A stretch of DNA of 64,000 bases, taken from contig DAOLNV010000002.1 in NCBI GenBank assembly GCA_035416745.1, positions 111,250 to 175,249 of the forward strand. Direction: 5' to 3'. Under the pieces are notes generated by a model. That model had not been told where the DNA came from. It ran no database searches and saw only the letters and a list, made by a program, of their open reading frames with translations. Source of the stretch: Candidatus Hydrogenedentota bacterium. GTDB taxonomy: Bacteria > Hydrogenedentota > Hydrogenedentia > Hydrogenedentales > SLHB01. Of this stretch, positions 10,451 through 19,425 are shown in pieces. Made by a program: the position numbers and the translations under genes. Position 1 is the stretch's first letter, and the number at the start of each line of letters is the position of its first letter.

Positions 10451-11452
10451 ATGATTGCGATTGGAACGAGATTCTCGCGCGCCGCCTGGGTCGTGGTTGT
10501 CGTTCTCTGTCTCGGCAACGTCCATGCGGCGGAGACGGACCAGTACATGACCTGGGGGGTGATACTCAAAGACTCCTCAGAAGCCATCAACGCCCATGTG
10601 AACGCCGAGATCGAGAGCTTTCTCGCTGAGATGAACGCTGAGGAGAAGACGCCCTGCACGCCCGAAAACGTGACGCGGAAGATCTATCTGCACCTGTTCA
10701 AAGGGCTTCATGCGTCTCAATTCCGGAATTGGCTCCATCATTCCAGCGCGGTGGACCGCTACCCCGATTCCTCCGTTTCCCATTTTCGATATGAGCGAAT
10801 GAGCATTTACCGGGCACGGTCGTTTCCCTACATGCTTCCCCTGTCGCGTACGGTTCGCCTCGGCGACGTATATTGCGGGACGGACAAATTCGGGCATTTC
10901 TTCGGGTTTGGGCGCCGCTACTACAACCAGTACCTGCGGCTGCGGACCTTCGGCAAGACCGAGAACGACGCCATGGAACAGATCATCCGCGACGGGCTGA
11001 GGCGCGAGCGCGTAACGGTCGGGGGACTTGTGGACGGCATCGTCTCCTATGCCGATATCGAAGCGGGTTTTCAGGGGTTCCTTATGGCGCGCGACTTGTG
11101 CGGCGGCGAAAAGCCGTTCCTGAAACTCGAGAATGGCAAGTGGACCATGGTTCGCCCGATTGACATGCGGCAATACGTGGTTCCGGATTTCGACGAATCG
11201 TTCAATCCGTCTCATTACCAAGCGCTTCGCAAACGGTTCGTGCTGCCTCTGTTAGAACGGGAATACCGCGACAAGATGGCGTTGCCGGAGGTGCAGGCAC
11301 GTTTCGCCCAGTACAAACTCCGCGAACCCAGCTTCTGCCGCCAGACGATCCAGGCGTATCTCGGCGAAAGGAAAAAGAATCCTCAACGGGACCAGCACCT
11401 GCGAGCCTTCGGCGTCGAACCGGGATGCATGAGCTCCTGCGCCTCTCAGTAG
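10451..11452 (+). CDS. Secreted hypothetical protein of 333 aa.
   Basis: It has a signal peptide (MIAIGTRFSRAAWVVVVVLCLGNVHAAE), an AAAGAG ribosome-binding site (RBS), and protein-like composition with a TDKFGHFFGFG motif. No family assigned. Confidence 0.65.
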   Translation: MIAIGTRFSRAAWVVVVVLCLGNVHAAETDQYMTWGVILKDSSEAINAHVNAEIESFLAEMNAEEKTPCTPENVTRKIYLHLFKGLHASQFRNWLHHSSAVDRYPDSSVSHFRYERMSIYRARSFPYMLPLSRTVRLGDVYCGTDKFGHFFGFGRRYYNQYLRLRTFGKTENDAMEQIIRDGLRRERVTVGGLVDGIVSYADIEAGFQGFLMARDLCGGEKPFLKLENGKWTMVRPIDMRQYVVPDFDESFNPSHYQALRKRFVLPLLEREYRDKMALPEVQARFAQYKLREPSFCRQTIQAYLGERKKNPQRDQHLRAFGVEPGCMSSCASQ

Positions 11453-11483
11453 GGGTCTTTTGGCGCCGGACTGATACCCGACG

Positions 11484-11500
11484 CCTGGCGCAAAGCCAGG
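11484..11500. terminator. Hairpin (CCTGGC-GCAAA-GCCAGG) between convergent genes. It may be a bidirectional terminator, but there is no U-tract.
   Basis: It is a perfect 6-bp inverted repeat with a 5-nt loop, located between the convergent 10451..11452(+) and 11595..12485(-) genes. Confidence 0.25.
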
Positions 11501-11594
11501 TGCTGCGCTTCGCTGACATTGGCGGGGCATGTAAGCCCTCATGCGAAAGGGCGAGACTATTCCGGGGTGGCAATCGAAACTCACATGAGAAGAC

Positions 11595-12485
11595 TCAGTG
11601 CCAGAAATGCTTTGCCCCATTCTTCTTGATCGAGGTCATAAAAGCGACCTGTTCGTCGCGGCTGAGGCGTTTCACGAGCTGGTTCGAGTAGTGATCCCAG
11701 GAAAACCGAAGGATGTCGGCTTCCCCGTCGGCCATCGCCGTGGCCGACCATTCTTTGCCTTTCTCCCCCTTGTTGGGGAAGATGCCGATGAGATCAGGTG
11801 CGCTGGTGGACTTTGCGCCGACGTCCTTGCGAATAAGCTTCAGCTTGCCCCGGACCAGCAAGTAGCCGAGGCTCTTGCAGGGCGCGCCCTGCGTGAACAG
11901 CGTATCAATCTCTTTCAGGCGAACACGCTCGGCGAAACAAGGGAAGGGAAGACATACGCGAAACCGCAACTCCTCAGGAAGATCCGCGAAAAGAGGCAGG
12001 TTCACAATCTCCTTGAACTCGAACCGTTCCCAGATCTGCCGCTCGACCGCATTGCGAAAGGCGCGGTGAGCGTCCTCCGGGAGCTCCTGCTCGGCCGCTC
12101 GATAGAGGTCCTCCCAGTAGAATTGCGCCGCTACCGCGCTACCCTGCGCACGCACCGTAGCTGACCGGATGTCAAACGTCTTGAACTGGGCCATTTCGCC
12201 GAGCAGGGCCGGCGCCGCAATGGTGATGGACTCCTTTTGGCCAGCCTCGACGACGACGCGGCCATCCACCAACACGTACCCCGTGTCAAAGGAAAGATAG
12301 CCTTGGTTGATGAGCGGTTCACCGTCGTCATATTGAAGGAGATCGGAAACATCAAGGAAGACCTCCGCTGCTTGATTTCGGGCCTCCTGTGGCAGTTTGC
12401 TGAGCAGTTCGAGTTCGGCTATGCGTTGTATAGCAACCGCTGTTTCCACGATGGCCTCCTCAGGCGGCGCAGCCATGCCGCTCAT
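11595..12485 (-). CDS. Protein with tandem cyclic-nucleotide-binding (cNMP) domains and no DNA-binding domain.
   Basis: LLGEMAQF...IRSATVRA matches the cNMP-binding signature (FGE[LM]A...R[ST]A[ST]V). A second, more degenerate copy (IGIFPN...SATAMADGEADIL) follows. It is 296 aa. Confidence 0.65.
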   Translation of the reverse strand: MSGMAAPPEEAIVETAVAIQRIAELELLSKLPQEARNQAAEVFLDVSDLLQYDDGEPLINQGYLSFDTGYVLVDGRVVVEAGQKESITIAAPALLGEMAQFKTFDIRSATVRAQGSAVAAQFYWEDLYRAAEQELPEDAHRAFRNAVERQIWERFEFKEIVNLPLFADLPEELRFRVCLPFPCFAERVRLKEIDTLFTQGAPCKSLGYLLVRGKLKLIRKDVGAKSTSAPDLIGIFPNKGEKGKEWSATAMADGEADILRFSWDHYSNQLVKRLSRDEQVAFMTSIKKNGAKHFWH

Positions 12486-12593
12486 CCGGGTCCTGAAACG
12501 AAGCTCCGCCTTATCCCCGGATGCTATCTTGCCGATGCGTTTCCCGGTGTTATAATAATCCCGTCACCGCCACCGTTCAAAGGAGGTACGCTG

Positions 12594-13742
12594 ATGGCCC
12601 CAGAACTCCTCTTCCAAGCGCGGCACGGTCGGAGTCCGCTTAATTTGCGGCGCATTTTGTCCTACGCCGTTAAACTGGGCGCGTCGGACGTCCATCTCAA
12701 GGTTTCACGGCCGCCCGTGTTGCGCGTCGATGGCGCCTGCCGGTTCGCCGGGGAAACGCCTATTACTCAAGAGAACATGCTCGGGTTCCTTGACGAACTC
12801 ATGACCGAGACGGAGAAGCTGCGGTTTCTCGAAACGGGAGACGCCGACCTTGCCATGAATATGGACGACGTCGGACGGTTTCGGGTCAATGTACTCAAAC
12901 AGCGCGGAACAATCGCCATTATCATGCGCCACGTAAAGGGGAAAATACCTAACTTCCGGGGGCTGAATCTGCCCGCGGACGCGGTCCAGAAGATTGCTGA
13001 TTTCCGCCGGGGCCTCATTCTCGTGACGGGAACGACGGGCAGCGGCAAGTCCACCACGCTTGCGGCGATCATCGACATTATCAACCGGAGCCGCCCTGAC
13101 CATATTGTGAGCCTTGAAGACCCCATCGAGTTCGTCCATGAGGACATAATGAGCACCATAACCCAGAGGGAAGTCGGCATCGACACCCGGGATTTCAAGA
13201 CAGCCCTCCGGGCGCTTATGCGCGAGGACCCCGACGTGATCCTCATCGGCGAAATGCGTGATGTGGAGACCTTCGAGGCAGCCATACATGCCTCCGAGAC
13301 GGGGCACCTTGTCTTCAGCACGGTTCACACCACGAATGTGATGCTGACCATCGACCGTATCATCGACCTGTTTCCGCCCGCGCAGCACCAGCAAGTCCGC
13401 GCCCAGTTGTCGCATCAATTGCGGGCGATCATGTGCCAGCGGCTTGTGCCGGCGGCGGACGGTTCGGGGCGCATCCCGGCCGTCGAGATCATGTTCAACA
13501 ACCCCGGCATCAGCGCGCTTATCCGCGACAACAACATCAAGCAAATCCCGGGGGCGCTGGTCTCGGGAAGAGAAGACCATATGCAGACCTTCAACATGAG
13601 CCTTGTCGCGCTTACGAAACAGGGTCTTATCACCGAGCAGGACGCGAGCGCCGCATCCGACAACCAGGAAGAATTCAAGATGAACATGCAAGGCATCTAT
13701 GCCAGCTCGGGAGGCGGCGGCATTCTGAAGAAGAAAGGGTGA
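12594..13742 (+). CDS. pilT: Type IV pilus retraction ATPase of the PilT/PilU family.
   Basis: It has Walker A (GTTGSGKSTT), an Asp box (ILIGEMRD) and a His box (GHLVFSTVHT), plus a PilT-like AIRxLIRE-type segment (ISALIRDNNI). The ATG at 12594 is preceded by AAAGGAGG. The longer upstream extension in the ORF track overlaps the opposite-strand gene, so I rejected it. Confidence 0.85.
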   Translation: MAPELLFQARHGRSPLNLRRILSYAVKLGASDVHLKVSRPPVLRVDGACRFAGETPITQENMLGFLDELMTETEKLRFLETGDADLAMNMDDVGRFRVNVLKQRGTIAIIMRHVKGKIPNFRGLNLPADAVQKIADFRRGLILVTGTTGSGKSTTLAAIIDIINRSRPDHIVSLEDPIEFVHEDIMSTITQREVGIDTRDFKTALRALMREDPDVILIGEMRDVETFEAAIHASETGHLVFSTVHTTNVMLTIDRIIDLFPPAQHQQVRAQLSHQLRAIMCQRLVPAADGSGRIPAVEIMFNNPGISALIRDNNIKQIPGALVSGREDHMQTFNMSLVALTKQGLITEQDASAASDNQEEFKMNMQGIYASSGGGGILKKKG

Positions 13743-14170
13743 TAACCGCGGGCGCGCTCACCCGGTCTTCCGAGAGGCTTCTTTGTCGAGGGACAAGGAC
13801 GCGCATCGCAGACGGCGTTTCTTGAGCCCGTGGCGCTTCGGCTTCGCTTATCCCCGGTTTCGGCAACGACCGCAAGAACAGGACCCTTAACCTGCCTTCC
13901 GGCCAAGGCAAGGGCAGAAATGCCCCGAAGCAATTCGTATCGCTGCGGCCTGTCCGTTTCGTGGACGACAATCAACACATGGCCGTCCATTACAATCAAT
14001 GCGATCTTCTGACCGAACTGACTCCTCTCCCTGAAGGGGGCCACTGAGTCCAGAAGCGGGCAAGCATCCCCATTTGAAGTCCAGTGGGGTATTCTGGTCC
14101 ACTCATGGAAAGGCCTCGTTCGATTGTCGACGCGGCGCCTTCTGCCCGCGGCCTTTGGAGAAAAACGAGA

Positions 14171-17100
14171 ATGCGAATTATCTTGCGGTGTGTGCTTGTC
14201 AGCGCGGCGTTTGCGAGTCTGGCCTCCGCCTTCGCGGAACCGGCGGCCCTCGAGAACCGGCGCGGCAACATTGAGGGCCTGTGGCGGTTCCGTGCCGATC
14301 CTGAGAATACGGGAGAGCAGGAAGGATTTGCCCGCCTGGACTATGACGATTCCGCCTGGCGGTCCATGAATGTGCCGGGCGCATGGGAGACGCAAGCGGA
14401 AGCGGCAAACGAGCCTTCGATAGCGGCATACGACGGAGTCGCATGGTATCGCCTCCGGTTTGTCGTTCCGCTCGAATGGCGTGAAAAGGACCTCGAGCTC
14501 TTTCTGGGAACTGTAGACGACGAGGACCGCACATACCTGAACGGAACGGTTGTGGGCGAAACGGGACCAGGCGTCGAGCGGGCGGCGGTCAAGCTCCGGC
14601 GTTACACCATCCCCGCATCCTGTCCCCGGCCCGGCGAGCAAAATGTCCTGGCGATATGCGTACGAGATGTGGGCGGCCCGGGAGGGATCGTTGGTCCCGT
14701 CCTGTTCTTGCTGCCCAAGGACGAGGTGAATCAAATGATGCGACTGCCGCAATCCGACAGGCCCCTCGAGGAACGTTTCGAAAACCCGCCTGCCGACGCC
14801 CGGATTCTCAAGATCGTGCACGCTCTTCCGGATGCCCCTGATGACCAGGACCGTCTGTTCCTGTCGCTGATATCGCAAGGTTTTGGCGGGATTGTCACCA
14901 ACGTAGCCTTCGACGAATATATGGCCAGCGATGCCAAATGGGAGGCATTCGTCCGGGGGGTCGACGCCGCGAAGAAGCTCGGAATGTCGTTGTGGCTTTA
15001 TGACGAATGCGGGTATCCCTCTGGCGCAGCGGGCGGAATCACTCTGCGTGACCATCCCGAGTATGAAGCCAGCGGTCTCCACGTCGTTGATGCACCGGTC
15101 GACGGGGGAACATGTACCCTCGATGTGCCGAAGGGCGTCTTGTTCCGCGCGGTTGCTGTCCCGATGAAAGACGGCGTCGCATCCTCGCAAGGCGCTGTCG
15201 ATATATCCTCGTTCGTGCACGACGGCAAGCTCGTCTGGGAAGCGCCCCCGGGCCCCTGGCATGCCTTTGTCTTCACGGAGGACGTGCTGTACGAAGGCAC
15301 CCATGCAGCGGTGAGTCTGGCCTACAAGCTGCCGTATATCAACCTCGTTCCTCCGGAACCCACGGCTCGTTTCATCGAAGTCACGCACGCGGAATACGCG
15401 CGCAGGCTCGGAACAGACCTCGGACAGTACTTCGTGGCCACCTTCACGGACGAACCGTCGCTCATGAGCATGTTCATGACCAGGCAGGACCGCCGGGTGC
15501 TGCCTTGGGCCGATAACGCCGCCACCGAATTTCAGAGGCGGCGCGGCTATGCCCTCGAGCCCAATCTGCCGGCCCTTTTCGTCAATATGGGGCCGGAAGG
15601 AAGGCGCGTTCGCTACGACTACTGGAATACCATAGGCGAACTCGTGTCCGAGAGTTTTTTCGGACAGATACAGGCGTGGTGCCAGGGCCACAACATTCTG
15701 AGCGGCGGCCACCTGCTTTGCGAAGAGGCGTTCCTGGCCAGCATTCCCCTGTACGGGGATTCTTTCCGCTGCATGCGGCGTCTTGACGCGCCAAGCATCG
15801 ACTGTCTGACAAGCATTCCCGACGATGTCCCGTGGTTCGTCGCCCGGCTCATCAGCAGTGCCGCCGAACTCGAGGGCCGCACCGTCACCATGTGCGAGAC
15901 GTCCGACCACGCGCAGCGGTACCGGCCCAAGGGCGATACGCGTCCCGTGCGGGTAGTCACCGAGGAGGAGATACGCGGCACCTGCAACCGGCTCATCCTG
16001 AACGGCATTAACACCATCACCAGCTACTATTCCTTCAGCGGATTGACCGCCGGGCAGATGACACGGCTCAACGAGTGGGTGGGACGCTGCTGTACGATGG
16101 TGCGGGGCGGCCATCAAGTGACGGATATCGCGCTGCTGCATCCCATCGAGACCGCCTGGGTGCGGTTCACCCCCGCGCGCCACTGGGTCGCCGAATCGTC
16201 TGTTGAAGCCCACCGCGTCGAGAGGGTGTTTCACGATGCCGAAAACAATCTGTTCCGTTCCAGGCGCGATTTCACGCACGTGGATTCTCGTACTTTGACG
16301 GAGGCGAAAGCAGTCGATGGCGCGCTCGAATTCCGCGAACTTCGTTGGCGCATCGTCATTCTGCCGGACGCGGATACACTGCCGCTTGCGGCATGGGAGA
16401 ACCTCGAACGATTCTACCAGTCCGGCGGCGTTGTTGTCGCATTGACGTCCATGCCAGCCAACAGCGAAACGGAATTCCCATCGCCTCGCGTTCTCCAGAT
16501 TGCCGGGGCGATGTTCGGCGATAGCCCCAAACCCCACATCACCACGAACGGCGGTGGCGGAGCGGGAATCTTCCTCCCCCCCGGCGCGGAAGCGCTTCTG
16601 CCGCTGGTGCTCGATGCGCTGCTCGAACCCGATGTGCGAGTGTCCGCCGCGGACGCCCCTCTCCGTATAGCCCACCGGCGCATCGACGACAACGACGTCT
16701 ATTTTGTCATCAACGACAGCGGCCAGCCGTGGGAAGGTGAACTCGATTTCTCCCCTACAGGCGGCGGCGCGCAGTGGGAGCCCGCTACGGGACGCATGAC
16801 CGCAATAGAACCGGGCGCAGGAGTGCCCGTCCGCTTGGATTCCTACGGCGCAATGCTTTACACCTTCAAGAGCGCTGTCCCGCGGCCCCGCAAGGAGGTG
16901 CAAGCCGGGGACTTGCCCCAAGTGGCTGTAACTGCGCTGCCTGAAACGTCTCCTGTCCCATCACACGGCGAATTCGTGACGGCATCGATCGAGACTGCCC
17001 CGTCATTGGCCTCCGCAGACCAGACCGCGTGGCGTGTTTCGGGAACCATTACCAAAGGGAACGTGGACACCTTCGTTTTCGCCGCGTTCAACTATCCGGC

Positions 17101-17434
17101 GCCCGCCGGTCTGCACGAAGCTGCCTACATCGTTTTTGACGCGTGGCTCCCCGAAGCTCAGCAGGCTGCCGTGCCGCTTCTGGTCATCCTCCGTGACAAT
17201 TCCGGAGTGGAATACATGGCGGACACGGGCATTCCCATGAATGCGCCGGGCCACCACGCGTGTTACGTGGCGTTGAACCGTTTCCGGCGGGCAGGATGGT
17301 GCCCCATAACGGACCGCCCGCTCGACCTGTCCAACATCTCGGCGATCAACATCGGTTGGGGGGGCTACTACGGTTCGGAGAACGAGAACGTGACATTCAG
17401 CCTGAGCCCGCCCCGGCTGGCTTCACACCCTTGA
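14171..17434 (+). CDS. Large secreted glycoside-hydrolase-like protein with an N-terminal GH2-type sugar-binding jelly-roll domain.
   Basis: The ATG at 14171 (MRIILRCVLVSAAFASLASAFA) is preceded by GGAGAAAAACGAG. The N-terminal region (DYDDSAWRSMNVPGAWE...YDGVAWYRLRFVVP...LELFLGTVDDEDRTYLNGTVVG) is a classic beta-galactosidase-type jelly roll. The 1074-aa ORF on the opposite strand is Arg-rich shadow. Confidence 0.75.
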   Translation: MRIILRCVLVSAAFASLASAFAEPAALENRRGNIEGLWRFRADPENTGEQEGFARLDYDDSAWRSMNVPGAWETQAEAANEPSIAAYDGVAWYRLRFVVPLEWREKDLELFLGTVDDEDRTYLNGTVVGETGPGVERAAVKLRRYTIPASCPRPGEQNVLAICVRDVGGPGGIVGPVLFLLPKDEVNQMMRLPQSDRPLEERFENPPADARILKIVHALPDAPDDQDRLFLSLISQGFGGIVTNVAFDEYMASDAKWEAFVRGVDAAKKLGMSLWLYDECGYPSGAAGGITLRDHPEYEASGLHVVDAPVDGGTCTLDVPKGVLFRAVAVPMKDGVASSQGAVDISSFVHDGKLVWEAPPGPWHAFVFTEDVLYEGTHAAVSLAYKLPYINLVPPEPTARFIEVTHAEYARRLGTDLGQYFVATFTDEPSLMSMFMTRQDRRVLPWADNAATEFQRRRGYALEPNLPALFVNMGPEGRRVRYDYWNTIGELVSESFFGQIQAWCQGHNILSGGHLLCEEAFLASIPLYGDSFRCMRRLDAPSIDCLTSIPDDVPWFVARLISSAAELEGRTVTMCETSDHAQRYRPKGDTRPVRVVTEEEIRGTCNRLILNGINTITSYYSFSGLTAGQMTRLNEWVGRCCTMVRGGHQVTDIALLHPIETAWVRFTPARHWVAESSVEAHRVERVFHDAENNLFRSRRDFTHVDSRTLTEAKAVDGALEFRELRWRIVILPDADTLPLAAWENLERFYQSGGVVVALTSMPANSETEFPSPRVLQIAGAMFGDSPKPHITTNGGGGAGIFLPPGAEALLPLVLDALLEPDVRVSAADAPLRIAHRRIDDNDVYFVINDSGQPWEGELDFSPTGGGAQWEPATGRMTAIEPGAGVPVRLDSYGAMLYTFKSAVPRPRKEVQAGDLPQVAVTALPETSPVPSHGEFVTASIETAPSLASADQTAWRVSGTITKGNVDTFVFAAFNYPAPAGLHEAAYIVFDAWLPEAQQAAVPLLVILRDNSGVEYMADTGIPMNAPGHHACYVALNRFRRAGWCPITDRPLDLSNISAINIGWGGYYGSENENVTFSLSPPRLASHP

Positions 17435-17525
17435 CGCAGATGAGCAGGATCTTCAGGGCCGGCGCGTCAACCTTTCTGTTATCCAGCTGGAATTCCTCTA
17501 GCAGTTTCTTTTCCTCTTTTGGGAG

Positions 17526-18524
17526 CTATTCGCCCAAACTGAACAAAGCCGCCACGGCCGCGAAGGAGGGCGAGGCTGGAAATTCGTCCGGGTACCGGTT
17601 GAACTGCACATGACCGTCCATATAAAGCGTGTTTGCTCCGCCGGGGATATGGTTGAACTGGGCGCTCGCCGACGTGGTTGCAGACACGATATCCCACATG
17701 ACCGGCATCATGCTTTGTGCCGTGGCCGACGAGGCAGGGTTGTTAATATCGGTGATCACGAACCGTTCAATCCCTTCCCTCAGCCTGTAGAGAGTTGTCC
17801 CGCCGCCATTTCCAAAAGGAACGCCCGGGGGCGTTGACATCGCTGAGAACATGCCATATACCGCTGCGTCGTCAAGATCCTTGTCCATCTGCGAATCGTT
17901 ATCGGGATTCTTGTCGCCCAAGGCGCCACTGAATGTCGGCGGGTAATACGACAGGCACGCCATCAGGTACGCCATCTGTGTGGAAACCAGTGCAGAAGGC
18001 ATGCCAAACGCACTCACATCAAAGCTGGGGTCCTTTTCCGAAACCTTGTCGAGCAGGAAACCGTAATAGAGATAGCTCGCATCGGACTTCGAAGGAAGAC
18101 CCCTATACTCTGGGCATGTTTGACCCGGTGCGTCTTCAACGATACCCAAAGGGTCCGCGCTACTGGCCTGCGGGTCGGAAGGACACACCAGAACGTTGAG
18201 GTCAGACAAGTACTCCGGGAAAATGGCGCGCATCTGGGGAGCCAGGTTGGCGCGCGTGCTTCCGTTCTGGCAAGTTACAGGCAAGGCGCTGCCCCATGGC
18301 TGGTCACCGTGAACTCGCGGGAAGAGTTCCCTGGACTCGCCAGCGTACATTTTGAATACTAGCCCCATTTGCTTGAGGTTGTTCGCGCAACTGGCCCGTC
18401 TCGCTGCTTCACGGGCACGGGCCAGAGCGGGCAACAGGATGGCCGCCAGGATACCGATGATGGCAATTACGACCAGCAGTTCAATCAGCGTGAATCCATG
18501 TCTTTTCATGATTGCGTCTTTCAT
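17526..18524 (-). CDS. DUF1559-family protein with a prepilin-type N-terminal cleavage/methylation domain (type II secretion pseudopilin-like, H-X9-DG family).
   Basis: The N-terminus [52 protein letters not shown] is typical. The C-terminal segment ...[14 protein letters not shown] matches the DUF1559 H-X9-DG signature. The GAAGGA RBS and ATG overlap the PadR stop (ATGA). Confidence 0.85.
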   Translation of the reverse strand: MKDAIMKRHGFTLIELLVVIAIIGILAAILLPALARAREAARRASCANNLKQMGLVFKMYAGESRELFPRVHGDQPWGSALPVTCQNGSTRANLAPQMRAIFPEYLSDLNVLVCPSDPQASSADPLGIVEDAPGQTCPEYRGLPSKSDASYLYYGFLLDKVSEKDPSFDVSAFGMPSALVSTQMAYLMACLSYYPPTFSGALGDKNPDNDSQMDKDLDDAAVYGMFSAMSTPPGVPFGNGGGTTLYRLREGIERFVITDINNPASSATAQSMMPVMWDIVSATTSASAQFNHIPGGANTLYMDGHVQFNRYPDEFPASPSFAAVAALFSLGE

Positions 18525-18973
18525 TTCGCGTTCCTTCTAATAGGCACACAACATGGGTGAATGATTTCTTGCCGGATTTCCTTGGATACGGGTTGCGGGC
18601 TGCGTTCGATGAAGGTCACCGTCTGTTCAAGGTTGCGCGAGTGAGCATCCAAGGTGTTCTTCCAACGTTGAAGGCAGTTCCAACCCTCTTCCGTCAACGC
18701 GTAAACGCGTTTAGCCGGGCTGCTGCCTTCCGTGTCCCAGTCCGACCTGAAATACCCCTCCTTCTCCATGGCCTTAAGAACCCGATCGAGGCCCATGGCA
18801 TCAGGCGGGCTATCGCTAATAATGGCTGCGTCCCGAAGATGCTGGGAGATCACATACGCATGCAGCCCGGCAGGCGCGCGAGCCAAAACAGCCATAACCG
18901 CCGGCCGGAGAAAATGATCGAGCGTGGCGCCGGAACAGGGGCAGTGACTCTGTTTCATTCTATTGGACCCCAT
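18521..18973 (-). CDS. PadR-family transcriptional regulator.
   Basis: [21 protein letters not shown]...[14 protein letters not shown] fits the PadR winged-helix consensus. Its stop overlaps the start of the downstream DUF1559 gene by 4 bp. Confidence 0.7.
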   Translation of the reverse strand: MGSNRMKQSHCPCSGATLDHFLRPAVMAVLARAPAGLHAYVISQHLRDAAIISDSPPDAMGLDRVLKAMEKEGYFRSDWDTEGSSPAKRVYALTEEGWNCLQRWKNTLDAHSRNLEQTVTFIERSPQPVSKEIRQEIIHPCCVPIRRNAK

Positions 18974-19425
18974 CGGCTATTCCACTTTGTTTAGTATATC
19001 CTGCCGGGCAGAGGGCTGCAAGGTTCTGACCCATGACGGCCATACTTGCCCCTCTGCATCTATGGTGACTGGGCTCATTTGCAGCGGCGTTGAACTCGAC
19101 CCCATGGGGCTTCATGGGTGGTGAATCCCGGAAGACATGGGCTGGAGAGCAGCGATTGACCAGGGGCTCGCTATCAAGTGCAGTGAGGGACGGAACACGA
19201 GGTCCAAGAAGATGGCTGTAACGGCGCAGTTTCCGCGTCTCAAGGACGGCATTTCCCGCACTATAAACAGAGAAGTTGAATAGATTTCGCTTCCGCGCAG
19301 GCGCCATTTCCTCCGCGTCCTTTGTGTGGGTTTGTCCAATCGCCGTGTTACCCGGATTGGGGCCAAATCTCAATTGAACGGCACGAGAGTTTCGGATAAA
19401 GTTCAGTGTCGGCACAACGGAGGGG

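Noticed and set aside
12237-12593. Upstream in-frame extension of the PilT ORF (501-aa version)
   Set aside because: The extension overlaps the 3' half of the convergent cNMP-binding gene on the other strand. A strong RBS (AAAGGAGG) and a -10-like box precede the ATG at 12594, and PilT homologs start there.
13697-16921. 1074-aa ORF on the minus strand (the longest ORF in the six-frame track)
   Set aside because: Its translation is Arg/Gly/Pro/Ala-rich and low-complexity. It lies fully antisense to a plus-strand gene (14171..17434) that has a signal peptide, a GH2-type jelly-roll domain and a good RBS. This is a typical high-GC shadow ORF.
18974-19425. Possible Mn (yybP-ykoY) riboswitch upstream of the NRAMP-like gene
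   Set aside because: I could not find the conserved GGGGAGUAG ... GAGAC/CUGCC core elements in the 450-bp leader. The transporter also lacks the Mn-binding residues, so there is no support.
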